DNA of 64,000 nt, taken from an uncultured cyanobacterium (GTDB lineage Bacteria > Cyanobacteriota > Cyanobacteriia > Cyanobacteriales > CAWCAG01). The notes under the pieces were generated by a model. It was given only the letters and a program-made list of their open reading frames with translations. It made no database searches and had not been told where the DNA came from. Numbering within the stretch: the stretch's first letter is position 1; each line of letters opens with the position of its first letter. This document shows positions 43,090 to 52,733 of the stretch, one piece after another. The position numbers were made by a program, and so were the translations under genes. The DNA lies in the NCBI GenBank assembly GCA_963803805.1, contig CAWDOD010000004.1:416001-480000 (forward strand), given 5' to 3'.

Positions 43090-43656
43090 TCACTTACGAA
43101 CAATAACTACCGTACCTTCACTAACTTGTTCATACATCTGTTCAATATCAAGATTACGCATCCGCAAACAGCCGTGGGAGACGGCTTCTCCTATTGACCC
43201 TTCTTGATTACTACCATGGAAACCAATTTGGTGAACATCGTCTCCATCAGACCAAAAACCAATCCACCTTGAGCCTAAAGGATTGTCGGGGCCAGGGGGA
43301 ATTACTTCTCCGGTAATAGGTTGATACCAAGCCGGGTGATCATTCATGTCCTTGACTAAAAAAGTACCTGTGGGGGTTTCCCAACCATCTTTACCAACGG
43401 CTACAGGATAGCTAGTAACTAACTCGTCAAACTCATATAAAGATACTTCGCGATCGCTTAAATCTACTACTAAACGACTACTTAAAGAAGCTGATAGTCG
43501 TAATAAAGGTGAAGAAGTTAGTTCTGCTGGGGTAAACTCTTGTTCAGAAGTTGCGGCGATCGCCCGTTCGGTTTTTGGTCGCTTTCCTTCCCAAAATAAG
43601 GCGCCAGCAGTCATAAAACAGAGAAACATGATACTAAATTGCACAGAATTAGTCAT
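43090..43656 (-). CDS. L,D-transpeptidase (YkuD)
   Basis: YPVAVGK, TPTG, NPLG, IGFHG, SHGCLRM. Confidence 0.92.
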   Translation of the reverse strand: MTNSVQFSIMFLCFMTAGALFWEGKRPKTERAIAATSEQEFTPAELTSSPLLRLSASLSSRLVVDLSDREVSLYEFDELVTSYPVAVGKDGWETPTGTFLVKDMNDHPAWYQPITGEVIPPGPDNPLGSRWIGFWSDGDDVHQIGFHGSNQEGSIGEAVSHGCLRMRNLDIEQMYEQVSEGTVVIVRK

Positions 43657-44336
43657 TGGTCACAACTAAGCATCGCTACGTAATTTTGAACCTGGAGGTC
43701 AATGCCTGTAATAGCAGTTCCTACAACTACAGCATAGGCTCCCCATTCTAGCGCTTTTTTAGCCATAGATGGAGAGGCAATTCCTCCTTCACAAATGGCG
43801 GGGATATCTAATTTTGTGACCATTTCTTGCAGTAATTGCCAACCGGGAGGAGATAAATCTTTAGTTTGGGAAGTGTAGCCATAAAGAGTTGTACCCACAA
43901 GATCCGCCCCTGCTTGTGTGGCGGCGATCGCATTTTCTATGGTATCAACATCAGCCATGACTAATTTATCTAATTCTTGGTGAATGCGACGAATTAATTC
44001 CTCTAAAGTTTCGCCGTTAGGACGTTTTCTGTTTGTCCCGTCAATAGCAATAATATCAGCACCCGCTTGGGCGATCGCCACAGAATCACTAAAGCGCGGA
44101 GTTATATAAACTTCGCAACCTGGAATTTGCTGTTTCCATAAGCCAATAATTGGTACATCTCCAATTTTCTCTCGTACGGCTTGAACATGATCAGGAGTAT
44201 CCAACCGTACCCCCATTGCACCACAGTTGATTGCTGCTTTAGCCATAGCTGCAATTATTGAAGGGTGGTGTAAAGGTGAATTTGTTGGTGCTTGACACGA
44301 AACAATCAGACTATTTTTTAAGGAAGTTAAGATCAT
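43653..44336 (-). CDS. nanE: N-acetylmannosamine-6-phosphate 2-epimerase
   Basis: LIVSCQA, PIIGLWK, VYITP, GTTLYGYT, VVVGTAIT. Confidence 0.93.
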   Translation of the reverse strand: MILTSLKNSLIVSCQAPTNSPLHHPSIIAAMAKAAINCGAMGVRLDTPDHVQAVREKIGDVPIIGLWKQQIPGCEVYITPRFSDSVAIAQAGADIIAIDGTNRKRPNGETLEELIRRIHQELDKLVMADVDTIENAIAATQAGADLVGTTLYGYTSQTKDLSPPGWQLLQEMVTKLDIPAICEGGIASPSMAKKALEWGAYAVVVGTAITGIDLQVQNYVAMLSCDQ

Positions 44337-44453
44337 TGATTATTAATCATTAAGCATTAAACCCACATTGGGCCGATAGTTCATCAAAAACAATAATTAA
44401 AAGGTTTGATCGTCAATCTTGTCAAGAAGTTCTTCTCTCTCATGAACAGGACA

Positions 44454-45437
44454 CTATCGATTAACTCTAATCTTAGCTAAATAAATAAAGAAAGGCGCAC
44501 CTACTAATGCTGTCATAATACCAACAGGTATTTCTTGAGGTTGTATAATTAACCTAGCAGCAATGTCCGATGCTAAAAGCAATATGGCTCCTAACAAGGC
44601 GCTGTAGGGCAAAATCCAACTATAGTTGACCCCAACTAAAAACCGCGCTACATGGGGTACAACTAAACCCACAAAACCAATTGCACCAGCAACAGCAACA
44701 GCACTACCATCTAACAGAATAACACAACCCAAAGCCGCTAGTTTGACCAAAGCGGTTCTCTGCCCCAATCCCTTTGCTACATCTTCTCCTAAATTCAACA
44801 CCGTGATTTGCCGCCCAAGGATGAGACTTAAAGCCATGCCTATGGCTATATAAGGAATAATTTGCCCAAATAGACTAGCATCAGCACCGGCTAAGGAACC
44901 AGCTAACCAAAAACGGATTTCTTCTAGGGTGCGTTGACTAATAATTAAGATAGCAGTGGTGAGGGAAGTTAGGAAAGCACTAATGGCTGCACCAGCAATG
45001 GTTAAGTTGAGGGGGGTAATACCACTGCGCCCTAAAGAGGCTAAGAAATAAATACTAATAGCTGTGATACCAGCCCCGGCAAAGGCACACCAGATATGAA
45101 AACTTGGTGAGCCTGTACCGAACAAAAAGATTCCCATCACCACAGCAAAGGCTGCACCGGAATTAATGCCTAAGATGCCAGGATCAGCTAAGGGATTGCG
45201 AGTGATGCCTTGCATAACAGCCCCGGAAGTAGATATGGCTGCACCCACAATCATAGCAGTTAGGGAGCGCGGCAAGCGAATGCTACGAATAATCAAATGT
45301 TCCGTTGAACCGTCAAAGGCAATTAAGGATTGATAAATACTCTTTCCCGGAATAGCCGTTGTCCCAAAGGAAATACTCAGTAATAAGCAGGTTAGGAGTA
45401 GGATAAGTCCTGCAATTAAGCCATAAACTCTTTTCAT
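44454..45437 (-). CDS. Iron-siderophore ABC permease (FecCD family)
   Basis: IRLPR, RNPLADPGILG, FWLAGS, LGEDVAKGLG, GFVGLVVPH. Confidence 0.92.
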   Translation of the reverse strand: MKRVYGLIAGLILLLTCLLLSISFGTTAIPGKSIYQSLIAFDGSTEHLIIRSIRLPRSLTAMIVGAAISTSGAVMQGITRNPLADPGILGINSGAAFAVVMGIFLFGTGSPSFHIWCAFAGAGITAISIYFLASLGRSGITPLNLTIAGAAISAFLTSLTTAILIISQRTLEEIRFWLAGSLAGADASLFGQIIPYIAIGMALSLILGRQITVLNLGEDVAKGLGQRTALVKLAALGCVILLDGSAVAVAGAIGFVGLVVPHVARFLVGVNYSWILPYSALLGAILLLASDIAARLIIQPQEIPVGIMTALVGAPFFIYLAKIRVNR

Positions 45438-45541
45438 TGCTCATTTTTCTATTATTGAATGAGTTAACCTAATCTTCCGCAAGTTATTGGAGTTGGGCTT
45501 ACACATTTGACTTCTCGAAACTTCTATTGACTATTAACTAG

Positions 45542-47488
45542 TTAAAGCAAACTTGCCACTGCTTGAACCACTTGTATCGGCATAACTGGCTTAGATAAGT
45601 GTAGGGCAAATCCGGCTTTTCTAGTCCGTTGCTGATCCTCTTCACTAGCATAGGCTGTTAGGGCGATCGCCTTCACAAGAGAGCCGTTAATTTCTTGACT
45701 TTGCTGTAATTGGCGCATCAAATCATAACCATCCTCTGTGGGCATGGCGATGTCACTAATCAAAATCTCTGGGCATTGTTCCTGAAAGGCAATTAAAGCT
45801 TCCTGTACAGAAGCAACGGCAGTTACCTGGGCGCCACAATCACCTAGCACCAAAGCTATTAATTCCCGACTATCAGTATCATCTTCTACTAGCAGTATCT
45901 TGATATTTTCTAGTTTAGGAAGTTGAGTTTTTGCCCCTCCTTGACTAGAGATATTTGTTTGTTTAGTTGAGTGAGTTGTTACATACAAAGGTAGTTGTAC
46001 AGTAAAAGTTGAACCTCTTCCTCTACCTGCACTGTAAGCAAAAATTGTGCCGCCGTGCATCTCAACTAAATAACGTACAATTGCTAGCCCCAACCCCAAT
46101 CCACCATACTGACGCTTCGAGTCACTTTTTACTTGGCGGAAGCGATCAAAAATATAAGGAAGAAACTCCTTTTCAATACCAATGCCTGTATCCTTAATTT
46201 GAATTTGAGCATAGTCTTTTACCTGTTCAATCTCAATGCTAATTGTTCCCCCCTCTGGGGTAAACTTAATGGCATTGTTAAGCAAGTTCCAAATTACTTG
46301 TTGCAACCTATCAGGATCGCCAGAAACCAAACCGACATTTTTCTCTAGGTTAGTTTGCAATTCAATTTTCTTAGCTTGGGCTGCGATACGAATAGTATCA
46401 AGGGAAGCATTGATAACCCTTTGCAGCGGTAGTGGCATCACTTTTAGTTGCATTTTGCCACGAATAATCCGAGAGATATCAAGCAAGTCTTCAATCAACT
46501 GGGCTTGGGTGTAGGCACTGCGTTCAATAACTTCCATTGCCCTGGTGCTATCTTCGGGACTCAGTTGGTTGCCCTTAAGTAGCTGTAACCAGCCCAGCAT
46601 ACCATTGAGAGGAGTCCGCAACTCGTGGGAAAGGGTAGCAAGAAATTCATCTTTGAGGCGATTGGCTAATTCGGCTTCTTCCCTAGCTTGCTTTTCCCTT
46701 TTGAGAAGTTCAACCCTCTCTTGTTCAGCTTGTTTTTGCGCTGTTATATCTTGTAAAGCTCCTTCATAATACAACAACTTTCCTTGATCATCTTTAATTG
46801 CTCTAGCGCTGTGGCGTACCCAAATTAAGCTATTGTCATAACGGCGCAATTGTGCTTCATAGTTGTTAAGCTTGCCTGTAATGTGGAGTTGATTTTTCCA
46901 AGCATTATAAGTTTCCCCGTCAACATGGGAATTAATTTGTTTATTTAGCAATAACTCCTGGGGATTTTCATAACCCAGTAATTGAGTTAAGGTACTATTT
47001 GCTTCGATAATTTCTCCGGTGGAAGTGAGGCGATAAAGTCCTACAGGTACGCCTTCAAACAGCCGACGATAGCTTTTTTCTAGTTCTTGTTTTGCTCTGT
47101 GTTCTTTTTCCCTTTTCCAAACTGAACGCACTACTTTAGCTAAACGTAGATAATGCTTAGGAGATTTGATTACATAGTCATCTAAACCACTCTTCATGGC
47201 TTTAACAGCAATTTCTTCACTACCAGTACCTGTAAACATGACTACTGGACATCTAGGCTTGCGCTTTTTGACTCTGTGCAAAATATCAAGCCCTGTTATC
47301 CAACGTAATTGGTAGTCAGTAATTACGAGGTCAAACTCTTCTTTTTCTAGTAAAGTAGCGAAAGTTGCTCCGTCGAATGTTTCTATCACTTCTAAAGAAT
47401 TGAATTCCCGGTTGAGTTCCCGTAAGGCAAGGGCCCTATCATTAGGGTTATCATCAATTAATAATATCCGTAATTTTTCACCAGTCAT
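45542..47488 (-). CDS. Hybrid kinase REC-PAS-HisKA-HATPase-REC
   Basis: ILLIDD...ITDY; SHELRTPL; NAIKFT; ISDIAMP. Confidence 0.92.
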   Translation of the reverse strand: MTGEKLRILLIDDNPNDRALALRELNREFNSLEVIETFDGATFATLLEKEEFDLVITDYQLRWITGLDILHRVKKRKPRCPVVMFTGTGSEEIAVKAMKSGLDDYVIKSPKHYLRLAKVVRSVWKREKEHRAKQELEKSYRRLFEGVPVGLYRLTSTGEIIEANSTLTQLLGYENPQELLLNKQINSHVDGETYNAWKNQLHITGKLNNYEAQLRRYDNSLIWVRHSARAIKDDQGKLLYYEGALQDITAQKQAEQERVELLKREKQAREEAELANRLKDEFLATLSHELRTPLNGMLGWLQLLKGNQLSPEDSTRAMEVIERSAYTQAQLIEDLLDISRIIRGKMQLKVMPLPLQRVINASLDTIRIAAQAKKIELQTNLEKNVGLVSGDPDRLQQVIWNLLNNAIKFTPEGGTISIEIEQVKDYAQIQIKDTGIGIEKEFLPYIFDRFRQVKSDSKRQYGGLGLGLAIVRYLVEMHGGTIFAYSAGRGRGSTFTVQLPLYVTTHSTKQTNISSQGGAKTQLPKLENIKILLVEDDTDSRELIALVLGDCGAQVTAVASVQEALIAFQEQCPEILISDIAMPTEDGYDLMRQLQQSQEINGSLVKAIALTAYASEEDQQRTRKAGFALHLSKPVMPIQVVQAVASLL

Positions 47489-47602
47489 GATCTTAAGTCA
47501 GTGTTGAGTTAGACAGGTTATTTTGGTGAAGGCAGGGAGTGGGAAGGGACAAGTAGGAAGGAGGAGTAGAGGTTTAGTCCTATTCCTGTCTTTTCTAGAA
47601 GC

Positions 47603-48055
47603 TTAGTTATTAAGTAGTCTTGGTCTTTGGTTAAGATTAAACCAGTATTTGTGGACTTGATCAGTTAGTTCAACTAAATCTTCAAAGGTGACAGGTTTAA
47701 CTAAATAAGAATTAATTCCTAAATCATATGCTTTATCAATGTCAGGACTTTCTTTAGAAGAAGATAACACAATTACAAGGGTACGTTTAATTTCGGGCTG
47801 TTGGCGCAACCAAGCAAGGACTTCTAAACCAGAACGACGAGGAAGTTTGAGATCAAGAAGAATTAGTGCCGGCAGAGGGTAGCGATTACGATTATTATAG
47901 GGCTCTTGGCAAGACAGGTAAGCAACAGCTTGATCACCATCAGTAATGGTTTCTAGATTAGCGTTGACTTGAGCTTTACGAAAGGCCCTTTTGATGAGCA
48001 TTATATCGTTAGAGTCATCCTCTACAAGCAAGATTGTTTCTCGTTCATTACTCAT
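47603..48055 (-). CDS. Single-domain response regulator (Rcp1-like)
   Basis: ILLVEDD, ILLDLKLP, NSYLVKP, YWF. Confidence 0.92.
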   Translation of the reverse strand: MSNERETILLVEDDSNDIMLIKRAFRKAQVNANLETITDGDQAVAYLSCQEPYNNRNRYPLPALILLDLKLPRRSGLEVLAWLRQQPEIKRTLVIVLSSSKESPDIDKAYDLGINSYLVKPVTFEDLVELTDQVHKYWFNLNQRPRLLNN

Positions 48056-48143
48056 CAAATTTTGCTCCTGTCTTGATTTTTTAGCCGCTCAATAACTAAC
48101 TAAATTCTCCTTATTATCCAATAAATCTAACTCTATATTAAAT

Positions 48144-50312
48144 CTATTCAGTATTCAGTACGTTTTCGATCCAAAAGCGACTACCCTCTCCTAATGTCGA
48201 TTCTACTCCGGCACTTCCCCCCAGACGTTCCATACCTCGGCGAACAATGGCCAAACCAATTCCAGTGCCGGGATAGGTTTCGTTGCCATGCAAGCGTTCA
48301 AAAACCTGGAAAATACGCTCTTGATGTTCTGGGCTAATACCAATACCGTTATCGACTACCCAAAGCCTAACTAAGCCATCATGTTCAGTAGCCCTAATTC
48401 TGACCACTGGTGTTTTTCCCCCCGCGACAAACTTGAGGGCATTACTAATTAGGTTACTGACAACCTGTACCAAAACTGTACGATTGCCAAGCATTTCTGA
48501 TAAAGATTCTTCGACAATTATTTGTGCTTGTCTGGCTTTAATCTCTTTGTTTAAAGGCATAATCGCCTCGGAAACAACATTATTGAGGTCAACCCCATAG
48601 AGGCGCATTTGAGTTTCACTGAGGCGAGAATAAGCCAGTAAATCTTGAATTAATTTGTCTAATTGCTGGGAAGAGTTGACTAAGCGAATGGCGTATTCTC
48701 GCCCCAAATCATCGAGTCTATTGCCATAGTCTTCCAATATAGCAGTGGCAAAGCCTTGCAAAGAGCGTAGGGGCGCTCTAAGATCATGGGATACAGAATA
48801 AGTAAAAGCTTGTAATTCTTGGTTAACTTCTTCGAGTTGAGTAGTGCGTTGGGCGACACGCTCTTCTAATTCGCTAGTATAGCTCTGGATTTGCTGATAC
48901 AAACGGGCTTGGTTAAGAGATATCGCTACTAGGTTACTTACTTCACTAGCAATGTCTATTTGCTCAGAAGTGATTTTTTCTGGCTGTTCTAACCATAGTT
49001 TGAGAATACCCAAGGTTTCGTCTCCCACTTGTAAAGGAAAGCCGATAAATTTATTAACTCCTTGAGTTTCTAAGCTAGACATTTCCGGGGAAGAGAAGAG
49101 AGAAACCTCTCCAGAGGCATAACTTGCTCCTTTTTGAAACTGCTCAATCATGGCTCCAAAAACATCAAGATTTTCCTGAAAACCCACCCCAGCTATACTT
49201 TCACCACGTCCTTTAGTCATGAGGATTGTTGCAGTTTGCTCCTCAAAGTCAAAAGTAGCGATGGTAACTCGCTGACAGGAGATTAATTGCTCTATACGTT
49301 CAATGGCAATAGCAGCAATCTCCGCCGGTTTTTGCGCTGCTAGAATCGCTTTATCAAGTTGGTGTAAGCTTTCTAACCTTGTAATGGTTTGGCGGAGAGA
49401 TTTTTCTAATTTCTTGCGCTTACTGACATCCTTAGCGATGGAAATTACCATGCGCCTACCATCAGATAATGTACCTAAAGGGGCTGAACTAAAATCCCAG
49501 ACACGAGTTTTCCCTCTGGCAGTATTAATGGTAAATTCCCCTTCATTCACCCTGCGTTTTAAGTCGTAGAGTTGATTGATTGTTGTTTGTACAGTTTCTT
49601 GTTTTTTGCCGTAGGCTTTTTCTACCCATTTGCCAATGGTGGGGATGTCGGCCAAAGTATAACCTGTCAAATCTATCCAAGCTTGGTTAATTTGCAAAAC
49701 TGTACCATCTTCAGCATGGATAACAATGGGGTAGGGGGCATTCATAATCGCCCGACTTAAACGGGCTTCGCTTTCTTGTAGTGCTTTCCTAATGGCGATG
49801 CGATCGCTAATATCTTCGATTACGGAAATAAAATACTTAGGTTTCCCAGTTAAATCTCGGAAAAGGGAGACTGTTAGATCAATCCAAATAATTGAGCCAT
49901 CTTTGCTAATGTAGCGTTTCTCCATAGAGTAATTGCTAATTTCCCCTGCTAACATTTGTTTCACATAACCTAAATCTGCGGCTAAATCTTGGGGATAAGT
50001 AACCTCTTGAAAAGTTTTCTCTAGTAATTCTTCGCGGCTGTAACCAATGATGCGACACATTTTCTCATTAACCCGCAACCAGCGCCCATCTAAGCCCACG
50101 TGGGCAATACCAACAGCCGCTTGTTCAAAGGTACTCCGGAACCTTTCTTCACTTTCAGTGAGGGCAAGATCACTTTTTTGGGAATCCACCTTTTCTCGAT
50201 GAATATTTGATTCCTGAAGTTGAGTTAGGGTGATGTTCTGCCATCGCAGTTTAAGAGCAAGATAGATGACTAAAATGATTAATAGGACAATAACAACGCT
50301 AGCAAAGATCAC
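48144..50312 (-). CDS. Sensor histidine kinase TM-PAS-PAS-GAF-HisKA-HATPase
   Basis: FEQAAVGIA PAS; FTYSVSHDLRAPLR; GTGIGLA; GTG start uncertain. Confidence 0.9.
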   Translation of the reverse strand: MIFASVVIVLLIILVIYLALKLRWQNITLTQLQESNIHREKVDSQKSDLALTESEERFRSTFEQAAVGIAHVGLDGRWLRVNEKMCRIIGYSREELLEKTFQEVTYPQDLAADLGYVKQMLAGEISNYSMEKRYISKDGSIIWIDLTVSLFRDLTGKPKYFISVIEDISDRIAIRKALQESEARLSRAIMNAPYPIVIHAEDGTVLQINQAWIDLTGYTLADIPTIGKWVEKAYGKKQETVQTTINQLYDLKRRVNEGEFTINTARGKTRVWDFSSAPLGTLSDGRRMVISIAKDVSKRKKLEKSLRQTITRLESLHQLDKAILAAQKPAEIAAIAIERIEQLISCQRVTIATFDFEEQTATILMTKGRGESIAGVGFQENLDVFGAMIEQFQKGASYASGEVSLFSSPEMSSLETQGVNKFIGFPLQVGDETLGILKLWLEQPEKITSEQIDIASEVSNLVAISLNQARLYQQIQSYTSELEERVAQRTTQLEEVNQELQAFTYSVSHDLRAPLRSLQGFATAILEDYGNRLDDLGREYAIRLVNSSQQLDKLIQDLLAYSRLSETQMRLYGVDLNNVVSEAIMPLNKEIKARQAQIIVEESLSEMLGNRTVLVQVVSNLISNALKFVAGGKTPVVRIRATEHDGLVRLWVVDNGIGISPEHQERIFQVFERLHGNETYPGTGIGLAIVRRGMERLGGSAGVESTLGEGSRFWIENVLNTE

Positions 50313-50329
50313 AAAAAAAGTGCCATTAG

Positions 50330-50518
50330 TTATGGAGGAAACTCATACTCTTCAGGATACCGAAATACAGAGGCTAATGACTTCAACATCCAACTACCCT
50401 GTCGCCCGTGACTTTCAAAATGATGTTGTACAACCCTCACAGGATATTGTTGAGCAATTTCTATAGTGCGATCGCCGCTAAAAGAATCTACAACAATAAC
50501 ATCATCTCTATCAACCAA
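50330..50518 (-). pseudogene. Glycosyltransferase family 2 remnant
   Basis: DDVIVVDSFSGDRTIEIA...VRVVQHHFESHGRQ; lacks both ends. Confidence 0.7.
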
Positions 50519-50674
50519 AATTCCTAAATCTTAAATCCGAAGCTTCCTTTTAGTTTAAAAAACCTTTGTTGGCACTTGGGTATGAATTAGGGTTTACATT
50601 TGTTTTCAGGGATAATCAAGAAATCACAGAAAATTTGTAAGCAATATAACTTATTAGTTATTAGTTGAGAATAA

Positions 50675-51680
50675 ATGCAGTTCATAGATCGAGCAGAAAT
50701 AGAAGTAGAAGCTGGTAAAGGCGGCAATGGTATAGTCGCCTTTCGCCGGGAAAAATACGTCCCCGCAGGAGGTCCTGCAGGGGGTAATGGGGGGCGAGGT
50801 GGTTCAATTTTCTTCAAAGCAGTAGAAAATTTGCAAACTCTGTTGGACTTTAAATATGCTCGTCATTTTAAAGCAGATGATGGTAAGCGAGGAGGGCCAA
50901 ATAATCGTACCGGGGCATCAGGGGATGACTTAATTGTGGAAGTTCCTTGCGGTACAGTAATTTATGAGCTTGAGAGTGGAGAATTATTAGCAGATTTAGT
51001 TACCCCTCAACAAACCTTTTGCGCTGTCAAAGGAGGCAAAGGAGGCTTAGGAAATCAACATTTCTTAAGTAACAGCAATAGAGCGCCGGAATATGCCTTA
51101 CCTGGTTTGCCAGGGGAGATTAAAAGTCTGCGCTTAGAATTAAAACTACTAGCAGAAGTGGGCATAATTGGCTTACCTAATGCGGGTAAGTCTACCTTGA
51201 TTGCGGCCCTTTTCAGCAGCCCGTCCCAAAATAGCCGATTATCCCTTCACCACTTTAATACCTAACTTAGGTGTAGTTCGTAAACCGACTGGGGATGGTA
51301 CTGTATTTGCAGATATTCCTGGTTTAATTGAGGGCGCTCATACAGGAGTAGGATTGGGTCATGACTTTCTACGCCATATCGAACGTACTCGTCTTTTATT
51401 GCACCTAATTGATCTTACTGCAAGCGACCCCATTGCTGATTATCAAACTATTCAAGCAGAACTAAAAGCTTACGGCCACAGTTTAGCTGCTCGACAGCAA
51501 ATTATTGGTTTAAATAAGTTGGATGCAGTAGACAAAGAAACCTACACCCTAATTGCCGAAGAAGTTTCGCAATTAACGGCTGCACCCATTTTTGGTGTTT
51601 CTGCGGTGGCAGGAATTGGGCTTGATGCTTTGTTGCAAAAGATTTGGCAAACTTTAGATGATTTGCCGGATACTCAATAG
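50675..51680 (+). CDS. obgE: GTPase ObgE/CgtA (1-nt frameshift at TTTT 51210-51213)
   Basis: [24 protein letters not shown]; then [20 protein letters not shown] in the next frame. Confidence 0.93.
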
Positions 51681-51875
51681 TTTTTCCGGGACAACTACTT
51701 GATTTGCTTGGAAAAGGGCAAGTGTTATTTCTTTAGACAGTTAAGAGTCAGACAAAAATTATTTCTTCTGGCATAGAAAGCAAACTTAAGCCCAAGACAT
51801 TTTTCGCTATATATAAAGATTGCTTTCGGTCAGTTTACAGGGAAAATTAGTTTGTGAAGTTTGCAAAAATGTCGA

Positions 51876-52397
51876 ATGAATAAAATGAATAAAATAATTT
51901 CAGCTTACAAACGTCTAGGATTGGCTCGGATTTTGAGCGTTTTCCTCGCAGGAGTCTTTTTATTGATCACTACAGCTTGCGGGGATTCATCTTCTCTTAA
52001 TGCTTCACCAGGAAATACAGATAAGGTAATTCCTAACCAAACTGAACTTTATGACACTATTCAACCTCGTGAAGGGGGAATGAATCAATATAGCGATACC
52101 GATCCTCGCCAAAACACCTCTGGGGTAAAAGCTAAGTCAAAAGCAGCTATGGACAAAGCAAAAAGCAATCTCAACAGATCAGAAAACCCTCAAGAATTTG
52201 CCGAAAGTTTTAAAAAAGGTGAACCAATAGGAGAAAGAGTTGAAAACTTCGGTGAGGATGTAGGTAGTTCGGTTAAAGATTTCTCAAGCAATGTTTCCGA
52301 AGGTGCGAAAAAGAATTTTGAAAATCTGCAAGAAAATATTAAATCAGCCCCAGAATCTTTGAGTGAGAAAGCTAAGGTACTTAAAGAGAATATGTAA
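51876..52397 (+). CDS. Putative lipoprotein (stress-protein-like, helical)
   Basis: Lipobox ITTAC; GGMNQYSDTDPR motif. Confidence 0.7.
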   Translation: MNKMNKIISAYKRLGLARILSVFLAGVFLLITTACGDSSSLNASPGNTDKVIPNQTELYDTIQPREGGMNQYSDTDPRQNTSGVKAKSKAAMDKAKSNLNRSENPQEFAESFKKGEPIGERVENFGEDVGSSVKDFSSNVSEGAKKNFENLQENIKSAPESLSEKAKVLKENM

Positions 52398-52483
52398 GTC
52401 TAATCGATAGGTAAAGGGTAAAGGAACATTTTTAACTACAAAAACTATCCTTTAACTTGCCTAGACATACTAGCTAATTTTCT

Positions 52484-52646
52484 GGCGTTGCTGAATTAAA
52501 GTTATGAATTGCTTTTGTTGACTATAATTAATGCCCCCTAAATCCCCCAATTTAGGGGACTTTGAGTTTTGGGGGACTTGAAATTCTTTTCTCCCCCCAG
52601 ATTCCGAGGGCAGGGGGACAGAGTTATCTCGACGATCAGCAGTGCC
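52484..52646. mobile_element. MITE-like element with nested G/C-run palindromic repeat
   Basis: TIRs GGCGTTGCTGA / TCAGCAGTGCC; internal CCCCCTAAATCCCCCAA...GGGGACTT...CCCCCCAGA...GGGGCAGGGGG. Confidence 0.6.
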
Positions 52647-52655
52647 ATTTTTTTT

Positions 52656-52692
52656 TAATGTAGAGATATTTCTTAGAAATATCTCTACATTA
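52656..52692. repeat. Perfect 18-bp inverted repeat (GTAG-type REP or bidirectional terminator)
   Basis: TAATGTAGAGATATTTCT-T-AGAAATATCTCTACATTA between convergent genes. Confidence 0.8.
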
Positions 52693-52733
52693 TTTTGTTT
52701 ACTAATGGATAATTATCTATTGATAAAGCCCCT

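Noticed and set aside
50675-51680. Programmed frameshift or true split of obgE
   Set aside because: No canonical slippery heptamer; a single homopolymer indel is simpler
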